64,000 nucleotides of DNA, from NCBI GenBank assembly GCA_964552955.1, contig CAZKIU010000015.1, positions 10,897 to 74,896 of the forward strand, read 5' to 3'. Source of the stretch: an uncultured Prolixibacteraceae bacterium. GTDB taxonomy: Bacteria; Bacteroidota; Bacteroidia; Bacteroidales; Prolixibacteraceae. Positions 29,928 through 39,660 of the stretch are shown here, piece by piece. A model generated the notes under the pieces. The model was not told the origin of the DNA, searched no databases, and saw only the letters and a program-made list of their open reading frames with translations. Every line of letters starts with the position of its first letter. The stretch's first letter is position 1. The position numbers and the translations under genes were made by a program.

Positions 29928-30109
29928 TATATCTCCTCATAAGACAACCAGGGGGTTCAAAATGTTCATTTGAAGAAGAAAAAAACTGAACAGATGATCC
30001 CGGGAGGCTAAAAAGGAATACTTCCTGGTGTTCATTTTGTCAGGTTTTACGGAAGTTGTATCTTTATGGCGTTCAATCCTGTGGAATTCACAATTTTTAC
30101 AGAGCCGAT

Positions 30110-30811
30110 ATGAGAACGATGCTAAAGAGGCCGACGGATGATGATACGGATCTTTCCGGTTTTTTACTTTTCAAGAAGCTGACAGACGAAGAGCTGAACC
30201 GGTTGAATTTTGAAAAGAGTTGTTCTTCATACAGGAAAGGGACGATAGTATACCGGGAGGGGAGTCGTCTGACGGGGTTCTATTGTGTGACCAGGGGGAT
30301 TATCAAGGTATTCAAGACGGGCATAGATGGCAAGGAGCAGATCATCCGCTTTGCCAAACGGGGGGAGATCATCGCCTACCGGTCGCTGCTGAGTCAGGAG
30401 CTGGCCTGTACCACGGCCAAGGTGATCGAGGAGGCGGTATTGTGTCATGTGCCCTATCAGACGCTGCTTTATCTCATTCAGAACAACTGGCAGTTTTCGC
30501 ACCACATGCTGCAGATCGTCTGCCGCGAGTTGCGTGAGGCCAACGATTATATTACCGATATCGCCCAGAAGTCGGTCAGGGAGCGGCTGGCGGAGGTATT
30601 GCTCCTGTTGAAGGAGAATTTTGACCTCGACCACCAGAACACCCTGCAGATATCCCTGACCCGGGAGGAGCTGGCCAACATGGTAGGAACGGCCACTGAA
30701 TCGGTGATCAGATTGCTGTCGGAATTCCGCCAGGATAACCTGATTGAGCTTCAGGGCAGGAAAATTAAATTTCTCAACACATCAGGTCTCCGCAAGGTTG
30801 CCGGGATATAA
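30110..30811 (+). CDS. Crp/Fnr family transcriptional regulator
   Basis: cNMP-binding-like beta-roll followed by a C-terminal HTH (LTREELANMVGTATESVIRLLSEF). Confidence 0.88.
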   Translation: MRTMLKRPTDDDTDLSGFLLFKKLTDEELNRLNFEKSCSSYRKGTIVYREGSRLTGFYCVTRGIIKVFKTGIDGKEQIIRFAKRGEIIAYRSLLSQELACTTAKVIEEAVLCHVPYQTLLYLIQNNWQFSHHMLQIVCRELREANDYITDIAQKSVRERLAEVLLLLKENFDLDHQNTLQISLTREELANMVGTATESVIRLLSEFRQDNLIELQGRKIKFLNTSGLRKVAGI

Positions 30812-30843
30812 TCCTGAATCTTCCGGCGCATTAATAAAAAGCG

Positions 30844-31647
30844 ATGCAGACACGCCATTCCGACCGTTTGCTCTATTTCAGGGAGCAGGAATATACCACA
30901 AGCAAATATGTACTTCCGTTGATCGGGGGGGAGGATTTTGTGACCCCCGGGATGCGTATTCTGGAGGTGGGATGCGGCGAAGGGGGGAATCTGAAGCCTT
31001 TTCTGGAGCGGGGATGCCTGGTGACCGGGGTAGACCTCTCCACCAATAAAATCACGCTGGCCCGTGATTTTTACGCCACCATTCCCGGCGGTGAAAGGGT
31101 GGAGCTGATTTGCGATGACATCTATCATCTGAGGCCGCCGGCAGAAAAATACGATGTGATCTTCATGCGTGATGTCATTGAGCACATCCATGACCAAGAG
31201 CGTTTTCTGTTGTTCATCAGGCAGTTTATGCATGCAGAGAGCCGGTTTTTCCTGGCCTTTCCGCCCTGGCAGAATCCTTTTGGGGGTCATCAGCAGATTT
31301 GCCGGAACCGGTTGTTGGCGCGGCTACCGTGGATTCATCTGTTACCGGCACGCCTCTACCGGAGGCTTCTTCGTGCCGGAGGTGAAACGCCTGCGACCGT
31401 GGAAAGCCTGGAAGAAATCAGGGCCACGCGGCTCACCATTGAGCGGTTTGAAGCCCTCTTCACAAAAACAGGGTATCATTGTGTCCACAGAAAACTCTTC
31501 CTGGTCAATCCCAACTACGAGGTCAAGTTCGGGTTCCGTCCCAGGCGGCAGTGTCCACTGCTGGCCGCCATTCCCCGGCTGAGGAATTTCCTGACCACTT
31601 CGGTCTATTACACCCTGGTTACCGCGCCAGCCACTCCTCGGGGTTAA
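30844..31647 (+). CDS. Class I SAM-dependent methyltransferase
   Basis: Motif I ILEVGCGEGGN and motif II/III spacing. The substrate is not inferable. Confidence 0.8.
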   Translation: MQTRHSDRLLYFREQEYTTSKYVLPLIGGEDFVTPGMRILEVGCGEGGNLKPFLERGCLVTGVDLSTNKITLARDFYATIPGGERVELICDDIYHLRPPAEKYDVIFMRDVIEHIHDQERFLLFIRQFMHAESRFFLAFPPWQNPFGGHQQICRNRLLARLPWIHLLPARLYRRLLRAGGETPATVESLEEIRATRLTIERFEALFTKTGYHCVHRKLFLVNPNYEVKFGFRPRRQCPLLAAIPRLRNFLTTSVYYTLVTAPATPRG

Positions 31648-32827
31648 GTTTCTGGCTCTCCTTCCAGATCTGGAACTTGAGAATGGTTTTGTTGCCGTCA
31701 TTGGCATCGGTGAAAACAGTCCCCAGTTTCTGCCTGACGGCAACAGCGTCTCCCTTTTTGACCACCACATCGACCAGGTTGGAATAAACGGTCAGGTAAG
31801 GACCATGGCGTAGGATGACGGCCATGTTGCCCCCGGTGATCCCGAAGACCCGGCTTACCTCCCCCTTGAAGACCGCCCGGGCCTGGGTGCCCTGTTCCGT
31901 GGTGATGTTGACCCCGTTGTTATTGACCGTCACATTGGTTAATACCGGATGGGGATGGATACCGAATTTCTCGGTAATGACGCCCCGTTCCACGGGCCAG
32001 GGAATCCTCCGTTTGTTCTGCTCGAAATCTGATCCTGCCAGCTTCTGCTCAGGAGTCATGGCCAGGCCCTCCTTGCCCGTGGCGGTGGTCTTGCGTGCCT
32101 CCTCCTCTATGATCCGCTGGATCTCTTTTTCCAGTTGCTGTTCAACGCGGCGCTGCTGAGCCAGCTTATTGCGCAGATCATTTTTCTGCTGCTGTAACTC
32201 CCGGGCGATGGTGTTCTGCCGGTTTTTCTGCTCAGCCAGGCGGCGGCTTTCAGCCACCTGGGCCGTCATCACCGTGGAGCGGGCTTGCTGTTGGTTCTCC
32301 AGGTCCATCGTCTTTCGCGACAATATCGCCTGAATAGAGGCGATGGTCTCAGCCTGCCGGCGGCGGTAATCAGCATATTGCCTCACATAGGCCAGCCGGC
32401 GGTACGCCTGGTTAAAACTGTCGGCGGTAAGAAAAAAAAGAAGCTTGTCATAGGCATGGCGGTTCTTCCATGCAAAACGCACCATCATGGCATACTCCTC
32501 CCTGATCTTTTCCAGGTCAGCAGTAAGCATCTGCACGACAGTCGTATTATCATCGATCAGCCCCTGAAGCAGGGATACCTCCGTGGCCATGGTGTTGATG
32601 AGCTGGTTACGCTGATCGATCTGACTGCTGAGCAGCCTCAGCTTGCCCAGGGTAGCCTTCTGATTCTGGTCTACCTTACCCAGGAGCTCGTTGGTATACC
32701 TGATCTCTTCGGCTGCCGACTCCTTCTTCTTGCGCAGCTCCTCGAGCGACTGCGCGTGACCTCCCACCCCACCAAGCAGCAGCCACAAGAGGAGAAGAAA
32801 TGACGGTATGAGACGCTTAAAAACCAT
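31619..32827 (-). CDS. EnvC-like murein hydrolase activator (coiled-coil plus degenerate LytM/M23 domain)
   Basis: Signal peptide and a long Gln/Arg-rich coiled coil. The C-terminal LytM fold lacks HxxxD and HxH (ILKFQIW in place of HLHFE). Confidence 0.8.
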   Translation of the reverse strand: MVFKRLIPSFLLLLWLLLGGVGGHAQSLEELRKKKESAAEEIRYTNELLGKVDQNQKATLGKLRLLSSQIDQRNQLINTMATEVSLLQGLIDDNTTVVQMLTADLEKIREEYAMMVRFAWKNRHAYDKLLFFLTADSFNQAYRRLAYVRQYADYRRRQAETIASIQAILSRKTMDLENQQQARSTVMTAQVAESRRLAEQKNRQNTIARELQQQKNDLRNKLAQQRRVEQQLEKEIQRIIEEEARKTTATGKEGLAMTPEQKLAGSDFEQNKRRIPWPVERGVITEKFGIHPHPVLTNVTVNNNGVNITTEQGTQARAVFKGEVSRVFGITGGNMAVILRHGPYLTVYSNLVDVVVKKGDAVAVRQKLGTVFTDANDGNKTILKFQIWKESQKLNPEEWLAR

Positions 32828-32831
32828 TGCC

Positions 32832-33737
32832 CTAATTTAAGGAAACCCTTTCATACTTTTCAGGGATCTTCAGGGAAACAAATACACTGTCGTTTGTTGA
32901 AAACCCGCTCATCCGGGCGTTGATGGCCAGCCGGGAGCCCGGAACCGATACCACCAGTCCCAGTGCACCCGGGTAATATTTGTTGCCCGTCAGTTCATAA
33001 TCGCCAAAACGCATTTCTGCCTGCCGGGGGGTCTGTTTGTCTTCGAGGGTCATCTTTCGAATCACAATCAGTTCCGGGTCGAAGTAGAAGGTTTGAACCA
33101 CCTGAGGTTCTTCCTTCCGGCGCATATAGCGTTCAACGCGCTCATCCTTCCCCTTCTCCTCCAGTTTGGCCAGTTTAGAGGCCTCCTCAGGCTGAAGCAC
33201 GTACATCCCCTCCTCAATGCGGGTCGAATATTCGCGCAACGCCCTGGCGTTATCGAAAAGGGAGAAGATATTGGCCGAAATGACGGCCTGGACGGCCTGA
33301 AAATCGAGGGAGATCCCCATCATGCGGCTGAAGGGTTCATAACCCCCGGCATACCATGACTTGTCGAAATAATTGACATAGACGACGCTGTCGGGGGTAA
33401 GCATGATCCGGGCCACCAGGAGGTTGAGCTTGGACACCGAGAACAGAACCGACTGATCCTTCACGGCCTGTATCCCGGCCCGGAAGGTAGTCCGGCTTTC
33501 CCCGTTCTCCACTTCAATGTTGATTTTCTTAATGGTAAAAGTGGTATAATCGAAACTGTTGTCGAGGGCCTTTTTATAGAGTTTCACGGCACTGAGCGGC
33601 CTGAGCCTGGCCTCAGGGACCATCTCAGGGGTTTTGCAGGCCTGAAAAAGGGCGGCCATCACCATCACCCCAAGGAGAAGCAGGGGAAAACGTACCACAG
33701 GGCGCTTCACTTTACTCTTCAATAAATTTCTTCTCAC
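32832..33737 (-). CDS. DUF4292-like (LolB-like) lipoprotein
   Basis: Lipobox FQAC. Sits in the dut-TPR-DUF4292-M23 arrangement that I recognise as recurrent in Bacteroidota. Confidence 0.7.
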   Translation of the reverse strand: MRRNLLKSKVKRPVVRFPLLLLGVMVMAALFQACKTPEMVPEARLRPLSAVKLYKKALDNSFDYTTFTIKKINIEVENGESRTTFRAGIQAVKDQSVLFSVSKLNLLVARIMLTPDSVVYVNYFDKSWYAGGYEPFSRMMGISLDFQAVQAVISANIFSLFDNARALREYSTRIEEGMYVLQPEEASKLAKLEEKGKDERVERYMRRKEEPQVVQTFYFDPELIVIRKMTLEDKQTPRQAEMRFGDYELTGNKYYPGALGLVVSVPGSRLAINARMSGFSTNDSVFVSLKIPEKYERVSLN

Positions 33738-35460
33738 TGATCTTCTGTTTCAGCAGCTTCGATTCTGACCCCAGGTCGAGGGCTTTCTGCCATTGGGTCA
33801 GGGCCTCTTCCGTTTTTCCCAGCATGATGAGGATATCGCCGTAATGTTCTATCAGGGTAGGATTTTGCTCTTCAGAATGCGAGAGGGCCGTCTCCATGTA
33901 AAAGCGGGCCAGGGAGTAGTTTTTCTTTTTGAAGAGGACCCAGGCATAGGTATCGAGGTAAGTGGCATTATCGGGGAAATGCTCGATCACCTTGCCGCTG
34001 AGCCGTTCAGCCTTTTCCAGATCCCTGTTGGCCAGGGAGAGGTAATAGGCATAGTTGTTCATGGCGATGTAATTCTCCTGGTTGAAGGTGAGGGCCTCAT
34101 CGAAGAGGGCAAAGGCCTCATCGAGCCGGTTCAGTTTATAGAGGGCTTCCCCCCTGAGAAACACCATCTGCCCCTGCAGCATCTTGTTGTCCACCACCAA
34201 GTTGAGCCCCTCTTCCACGATGGTGGCCGCCTCGTTGTAGCGTGACAGTTGCAGGGCGCCAATCGCCCTGAAGAAATAAAACTGGGCCTGGTTAGGGAAG
34301 AGTTCCAGGGCTTGTCCGCCATGGTCGAAGAGGGCCTGCCAGTCCATAAGATCATTATCGAGGTAGAGCAGTTGTTCCCAGATGGCAAAATCGTTGACCC
34401 CGCTTGCCAGCACTTTCAGCAGTTGTTCCCGGGCTTCCGGGCTCCGGTCATTGCGGATCAGGTACTCGGCATAAATGGAGTAAATCCGGTAGTCGCCTTC
34501 ATATTTCTCAGCCAGGAGCCTGATGAGTTCCTCATTCTGTTCTGGATGGAGGGGCATTTCGGCATTCTGGCCGGTATGAAGCAGGTAAAGCTGCAGTTTC
34601 GTCTCCAGGTCCACCCCATCGTTCCGGAAGCCATCGAGGGTATAATTCCAGGCTTTGGTGGTATCGCCCTCTTCGAGGTAAAAGGAAGCCAGGGAGAAGT
34701 TGACAAATCCGTTGGTGGGATCCAGTTCGAGGATTTTCAGGTAATTTTTGAGGGCATTGGCCTTGTCGCCCTGTTCTTTGTACAGGTCGGCCAGCAAACC
34801 GTAATAGCGGGGGTCGCCAGGATTGGAGGCGATCAGCCGGTTAACCTCTCCGAAAGCCTCCTTCACCCGGCCGGCTTCCAGGAGCATCTCCTGCTTGGCC
34901 ATCGAAATCTGGTCGTTGATGCCGGTCTTTTTTTCCAGCTCGTTGAAAGCACGCAGGGCATCGTCGGTTTTTTTGGCTTTACCCAGCTCAATGGCTTTCA
35001 TGTAAAGGTACTCCTCACTGTCGGGTTCCATTTTAGCCAGTTGGTCAAAGAGGGCGGCGGCTTCTGCATTTTTGCCCGTCTGCTGCCAGATGCGCGCCAG
35101 CAGCAACTTGTACCATTTATTGGAAGGATAGAGGGTGATGGCCTTCTCCAGGAGGAGGGAAGCACTGGTGAGGTCGTTGTTCATCAGGTGGAGGTTGGCC
35201 AGCTCATACATGGCTGCCGACGAGTTGGGATCAATCTCCAGGCAGGAAGAGAGCAGGGAGACGGCCTTCTGGGGGTTACCCACCATTTTCTGCTTGAGGG
35301 CTTCGATGAAGAGGTATTCAAACTGCTTTTTCTTCTCCCCGGAAACGGCATTCTGCAGGGAATCGCTCTCCTGGCTTTTCACGGCTGCCTTCCGGGGTGC
35401 CGAACAGGAGGCCATGATCCCTACCAGCAGAACGGCGATCCATATACTTTTTTTTTCCAT
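33712..35460 (-). CDS. Tetratricopeptide repeat lipoprotein
   Basis: Lipobox MASC and more than ten TPR-like 34-residue repeats by eye. Confidence 0.85.
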   Translation of the reverse strand: MEKKSIWIAVLLVGIMASCSAPRKAAVKSQESDSLQNAVSGEKKKQFEYLFIEALKQKMVGNPQKAVSLLSSCLEIDPNSSAAMYELANLHLMNNDLTSASLLLEKAITLYPSNKWYKLLLARIWQQTGKNAEAAALFDQLAKMEPDSEEYLYMKAIELGKAKKTDDALRAFNELEKKTGINDQISMAKQEMLLEAGRVKEAFGEVNRLIASNPGDPRYYGLLADLYKEQGDKANALKNYLKILELDPTNGFVNFSLASFYLEEGDTTKAWNYTLDGFRNDGVDLETKLQLYLLHTGQNAEMPLHPEQNEELIRLLAEKYEGDYRIYSIYAEYLIRNDRSPEAREQLLKVLASGVNDFAIWEQLLYLDNDLMDWQALFDHGGQALELFPNQAQFYFFRAIGALQLSRYNEAATIVEEGLNLVVDNKMLQGQMVFLRGEALYKLNRLDEAFALFDEALTFNQENYIAMNNYAYYLSLANRDLEKAERLSGKVIEHFPDNATYLDTYAWVLFKKKNYSLARFYMETALSHSEEQNPTLIEHYGDILIMLGKTEEALTQWQKALDLGSESKLLKQKISEKKFIEE

Positions 35461-35464
35461 GTGA

Positions 35465-35899
35465 TCAGTTTTTTCCGGTATGACCGAAACCCCCTTCGCC
35501 CCTGGCCGTCTGCGCCAGTTGTTCTGTCAGGGTCCATTCCACCTGCGCGTGAGAGGCCACTACCATCTGGCAGATACGGTCGCCATTGCGGATCGTAAAG
35601 GCTTCGGAGGAGAGATTGACCAGGATGACGCAAATCTCACCGCGGTAGTCGGCGTCGATGGTTCCGGGAGCATTCAGGACCGTGATCCCCTTCTGAAGGG
35701 CCAATCCGCTGCGCGGCCTGATCTGGGCTTCGTACCCTACGGGAATCTCCACATAAAGGCCCGTGGGGATCAGTTTCCTTTCCAAAGGGTTCATAACCAC
35801 CTCTTCCTGAAGAAAAGCCCTCAGGTCCATCCCCGCAGAATGGGGCGTCCCATAAGCCGGCAAGGGGTTCCCCGAAAGGTTAACAATCTTAACTTCCAT
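35465..35899 (-). CDS. dut: dUTP diphosphatase
   Basis: dUTPase motifs ([28 protein letters not shown]). 144 aa. Confidence 0.96.
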   Translation of the reverse strand: MEVKIVNLSGNPLPAYGTPHSAGMDLRAFLQEEVVMNPLERKLIPTGLYVEIPVGYEAQIRPRSGLALQKGITVLNAPGTIDADYRGEICVILVNLSSEAFTIRNGDRICQMVVASHAQVEWTLTEQLAQTARGEGGFGHTGKN

Positions 35900-36200
35900 A
35901 GAATCATCTGTAAAAGGCGCAAAGATAGGGAAATCGCCTGAAAAGAAGGGGATATTAACAATTATTATAGATGTCAGTACCGTGCGTATGATGCAGCAAA
36001 ATCGCTATCTTTATCCCATTATTCAGTTGTGAAACAGGATGACCTTTCATCTCAACCTCTACCACCATTTCGGCAAGGGTTTATTCGAGTGCTGGATGTG
36101 CTGAGCCGGCACGAGCCGGGGTATTCCATTGGGCGGAATCCCTCCTCTTACGCTACCACGCCCTGCTGTTTCCTGTTTTACTCACCACAATAATCACCAG

Positions 36201-37001
36201 ATGACAGGCCTTATCTTTGATATCAAACGGTTTGCCGTCCACGACGGGCCGGGAATCCGAACGACGGTATTCCTGAAGGGGTGTCCCCTGCATTGCCGTT
36301 GGTGCCACAACCCGGAGGGGCAGAGTCAGACGCCTTGTATTTCAGAAAGGAAGGTTCATCTCGACGGCAGGGAATATGTGGAAGAGGAGGTCACAGGCCG
36401 GTGGGTGAGCGGTGCTGAGGTGATGGATGAGGTGATCAGGGAGCGGCTGGTCATGGAGGAGAGTGGGGGCGGGGTGACCTTCTCAGGAGGTGAACCCCTG
36501 ATGCAGGCCGGATTTCTGACGGAATTGCTGGGCGCCTCCCGGAGAGAGGGATTACACACGACCGTCGATACTTCGGGATATGCCAGCCGCAGCGCTCTGG
36601 AGGCGGCAGCCCCGCTCACCGATCTGTTTCTTTACGACCTCAAGCTGATCGATGACGCGGCGCACCGGCGCCATACCGGATGCTCCAACGCTATGATCCT
36701 CTCTAATTTCAGGTGGCTGGCCTGTCAGGGAAAAACGCTGAGGGTGAGGATCCCTCTGATCAGGGGCCTCACGGCCACCCCAGAAAATACCAGGGCCATC
36801 GCCGGCTTCCTCCTTTCCTGTGGCACTCCCCTCCCCCAGATCGACCTGCTCCCCTACCACCGCACCGGCTCCCATAAATATGAGAAGCTGGGGATCCCCT
36901 GCCATATGCCTCCGAAAGCGGCGGAACTCACCGCCACGGAGGTAGATGAAATTGCCGCTCTTTTCAGGGAGCAGGGATTTATGGTCAGAACAGGAGGGTA
37001 A
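36201..37001 (+). CDS. Glycyl-radical enzyme activating protein (radical SAM), short form without ferredoxin-like insert
   Basis: HDGPGIRTTVFLKGCPLHCRWCHNPE (CX3CX2C), GGEPL, and a PflA-like C-terminal part. It lies directly upstream of the GRE. Start set at the MTGLIFD ATG. Confidence 0.9.
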   Translation: MTGLIFDIKRFAVHDGPGIRTTVFLKGCPLHCRWCHNPEGQSQTPCISERKVHLDGREYVEEEVTGRWVSGAEVMDEVIRERLVMEESGGGVTFSGGEPLMQAGFLTELLGASRREGLHTTVDTSGYASRSALEAAAPLTDLFLYDLKLIDDAAHRRHTGCSNAMILSNFRWLACQGKTLRVRIPLIRGLTATPENTRAIAGFLLSCGTPLPQIDLLPYHRTGSHKYEKLGIPCHMPPKAAELTATEVDEIAALFREQGFMVRTGG

Positions 37002-37107
37002 CCCTGGCCAATGCATGCCGTAAAAAAGTCCCGCAGAAAGGAGCTTCAGAGGATCAACAACAACGCATAACATATAGTTTATCTTACCTCATATCAACAA
37101 CAAAGAG

Positions 37108-39477
37108 ATGATGACACCCAGGATACAAAAACTAAGAGAGGAGAGTTTAAATGCGGTGCCCCGGATATCGGCAGAGCGGGGGCTGCTGGTGACCCGTTTT
37201 TACAGGGATCACCTCTCCTTTGGTGATGCGGTGCCGGTACAGCGGGCCAAGGCCTTTCGTTATATATTGGAGAACAAGGAGATATGCATCAATGGCGGGG
37301 AGTTGGTGGTAGGAGAGCGGGGGCCTGCCCCCAAGGCGACGCCCACCTATCCGGAGATCAATGTGCACAGCCTTCAGGATCTGGAGATCCTTGACAGCCG
37401 GGAGAAGGTGTGGTTCCGTGTGGATGCGGCCACCCGGAAGGCTTTTGAGGAGGAGATCATTCCCTTCTGGAAGGGGCGTTCTAACCGCGACCGGATCATG
37501 GCGGCCATGGTGCCGGAGTGGAAGGAAGCCTATGCTGCCGGCATCTTCACGGAGTTCATGGAGCAGAGGGCCCCTGGGCATACCGTGGCGGGCGGAAAGA
37601 TCTACCATAAGGGTATGCTGGATATCATCGCCGATGTGGACCAGGCCATGGAGCAGCTCGATTTCCTTACAGATGTGCGGGCCCATGCCCGGCAGGAAGA
37701 GCTCAGGGCCATGCGGATAGCCGCTGAAGCTCTCATCGGTTACGCAGAGCGGCATGCGCGAAGGCTGGAGGAGATGGCACAAACGGAGGAAGAGGCCTCC
37801 CGCGCCGCTGAACTCCGCCACATGGCTGCCGTCTGCCGGCGGGTACCTGCCCATGCCCCCTCCTCCTTTCATGAAGCCCTCCAGTACTACTGGTTTGTCC
37901 ATCTGGGGGTCATCACCGAACTTAACCCCTGGGATAGCTTCAACCCGGGGCGCCTCGACCAGCACCTGATGCCCTTCTATGAGAAGGAGATCCACCAGGG
38001 GACCCTCACCCGCGATCAGGCGGTAGAACTCCTCCAGTCGTTCTGGATCAAATTCAACAACCACCCTGCTCCCCCGAAGGTGGGGATCACCGCCCTCGAG
38101 AGCAATACCTACACCGATTTTGCCTTGATCAACGTGGGAGGGGTCAAGGAGGACGGCTCCGACGGGGTCAATGAGATGAGTTATATTCTTTTGGAGGTCA
38201 TCGAGGAGATGCGGCTATTACAGCCCAGTTCCATGGTGCAGTTGAGCAAGAAAAACCCCGACCGCTTCATCGACCGGGCCGTGAAGATTGTTAAAACAGG
38301 GTTCGGGCAGCCCTCTGTTTTCAACACCGACGCCATCATCCAGGAGCTCATGCGCCAGGGCAAGGAGATCACCGATGCCCGCAACGGGGGCGCCAGCGGA
38401 TGCGTCGAAAGCGGCGCCTTTGGCACCGAAAGCTATATCCTCACCGGCTATTTCAACCTGCCCAAGATATTGGAGGTGACCCTTCACAATGGCGTCGACC
38501 CCCGCACCGGCCGGAAAATAGGGCTTTCAACGGGCGAACCGGAAACCCTCACCTCATGGGAAAAACTGATGGAGGCTTTCCGGCGGCAGGTGAACCACTT
38601 CGCCGGCATCAAGATCAGAGGCAGTAACCACATCGAATCGATTTTCATGGAGCATGTTCCCACGCCATTTCTGTCGCTGATCATCGACGACTGTGTGGCG
38701 CGGGGTACCGATTACCTCTGTGGGGGAGCCCGTTACAATACCAATTACATCCAGGGGGTGGGCCTGGGCACCCTCACCGACAGCCTGACGGCCCTTCAAA
38801 AGGTAGTCTTCGGGGAGGGTGCGATGCCCCTGGCACAGTTCAGGGATGCCCTGGCGGCCGATTTCGAAGGCCATGAGGAGCTTCGTTACCGGCTGGTGTA
38901 CAAAATGCCCAAATATGGGAACGACGACCCGGAGGCGGACCATCATCTTTCAGAAGCTTTCGAAATCTATTACCAGGCGGTCAACGGCCATACCTCCCCG
39001 CGGGGGGCGACCTACAGGATCAACTTGCTGCCCACCACCTGCCATATCTACTTCGGGAGTGTCCTGGGAGCCAGTGCCGACGGCAGAAAGGCCGGCCAGC
39101 CTGTATCAGAGGGGATCTCCCCCGTTCAGGGGGCCGACACCCGGGGCCCCTCGGCCGTCATCCGGTCGGCAGCCAAAATAGACCACCTCCGCACCGGAGG
39201 AACCCTGCTGAACCAGAAATTCACCCCCTCCTTTTTCAACGATGATGAAGCCATCAGAAAGGTATCACAACTGGTGCGCAGCTATTTCAGGATGGATGGG
39301 CATCATATCCAGTTCAACGTGGTGGACGCCGCCACCCTGCGCGATGCCCGGAAGCATCCCGAAAATTACCGCGACCTCATCGTGAGAGTGGCCGGCTACA
39401 GCGATTACTTCAACGACCTGGGGGCTGACCTCCAGGAGGAGATCATCCACCGCACCGAACACGGAACCGTGGAATGA
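37108..39477 (+). CDS. hypD: Glycyl radical enzyme of the PFL2/dehydratase class, trans-4-hydroxy-L-proline dehydratase (HypD)-like
   Basis: Glycyl radical motif RVAGYS near the C-terminus and a thiyl loop GGASGCVESG (Cys/Glu). 789 aa. Blocks FTEFMEQRAPGHTV, PGRLDQHL, PAPPKVGIT, LPTTCHIYFG and DGHHIQFNV match HypD as I remember it. Confidence 0.75.
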   Translation: MMTPRIQKLREESLNAVPRISAERGLLVTRFYRDHLSFGDAVPVQRAKAFRYILENKEICINGGELVVGERGPAPKATPTYPEINVHSLQDLEILDSREKVWFRVDAATRKAFEEEIIPFWKGRSNRDRIMAAMVPEWKEAYAAGIFTEFMEQRAPGHTVAGGKIYHKGMLDIIADVDQAMEQLDFLTDVRAHARQEELRAMRIAAEALIGYAERHARRLEEMAQTEEEASRAAELRHMAAVCRRVPAHAPSSFHEALQYYWFVHLGVITELNPWDSFNPGRLDQHLMPFYEKEIHQGTLTRDQAVELLQSFWIKFNNHPAPPKVGITALESNTYTDFALINVGGVKEDGSDGVNEMSYILLEVIEEMRLLQPSSMVQLSKKNPDRFIDRAVKIVKTGFGQPSVFNTDAIIQELMRQGKEITDARNGGASGCVESGAFGTESYILTGYFNLPKILEVTLHNGVDPRTGRKIGLSTGEPETLTSWEKLMEAFRRQVNHFAGIKIRGSNHIESIFMEHVPTPFLSLIIDDCVARGTDYLCGGARYNTNYIQGVGLGTLTDSLTALQKVVFGEGAMPLAQFRDALAADFEGHEELRYRLVYKMPKYGNDDPEADHHLSEAFEIYYQAVNGHTSPRGATYRINLLPTTCHIYFGSVLGASADGRKAGQPVSEGISPVQGADTRGPSAVIRSAAKIDHLRTGGTLLNQKFTPSFFNDDEAIRKVSQLVRSYFRMDGHHIQFNVVDAATLRDARKHPENYRDLIVRVAGYSDYFNDLGADLQEEIIHRTEHGTVE

Positions 39478-39660
39478 CCCCCCTGACCGGGTACCTGCAA
39501 TCTATTACTGCTCTGACGTTAACCGGCTTGTAGCACTGTAGGCCCGATCCTCAGGTAGGGATCCCAGATTCTGTGAAGCGCTGTGATCTCTTCCCGCAGT
39601 GCATGGAGTGAACCATTTTTGATGGATGTATATTTGACTACTTTTGCACAAATTTCCCAC

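Noticed and set aside
36039-36104. 21-codon ORF (MTFHLNLYHHFGKGLFECWMC) upstream of the radical-SAM gene, considered as a RiPP precursor. A 14-codon ORF also starts at 35989.
   Set aside because: The downstream radical-SAM protein is clearly a GRE activase paired with its GRE, not a peptide maturase. No SPASM or RiPP-recognition domain, protease or transporter is nearby. Short ORFs of this size are expected by chance in a 300-bp spacer.
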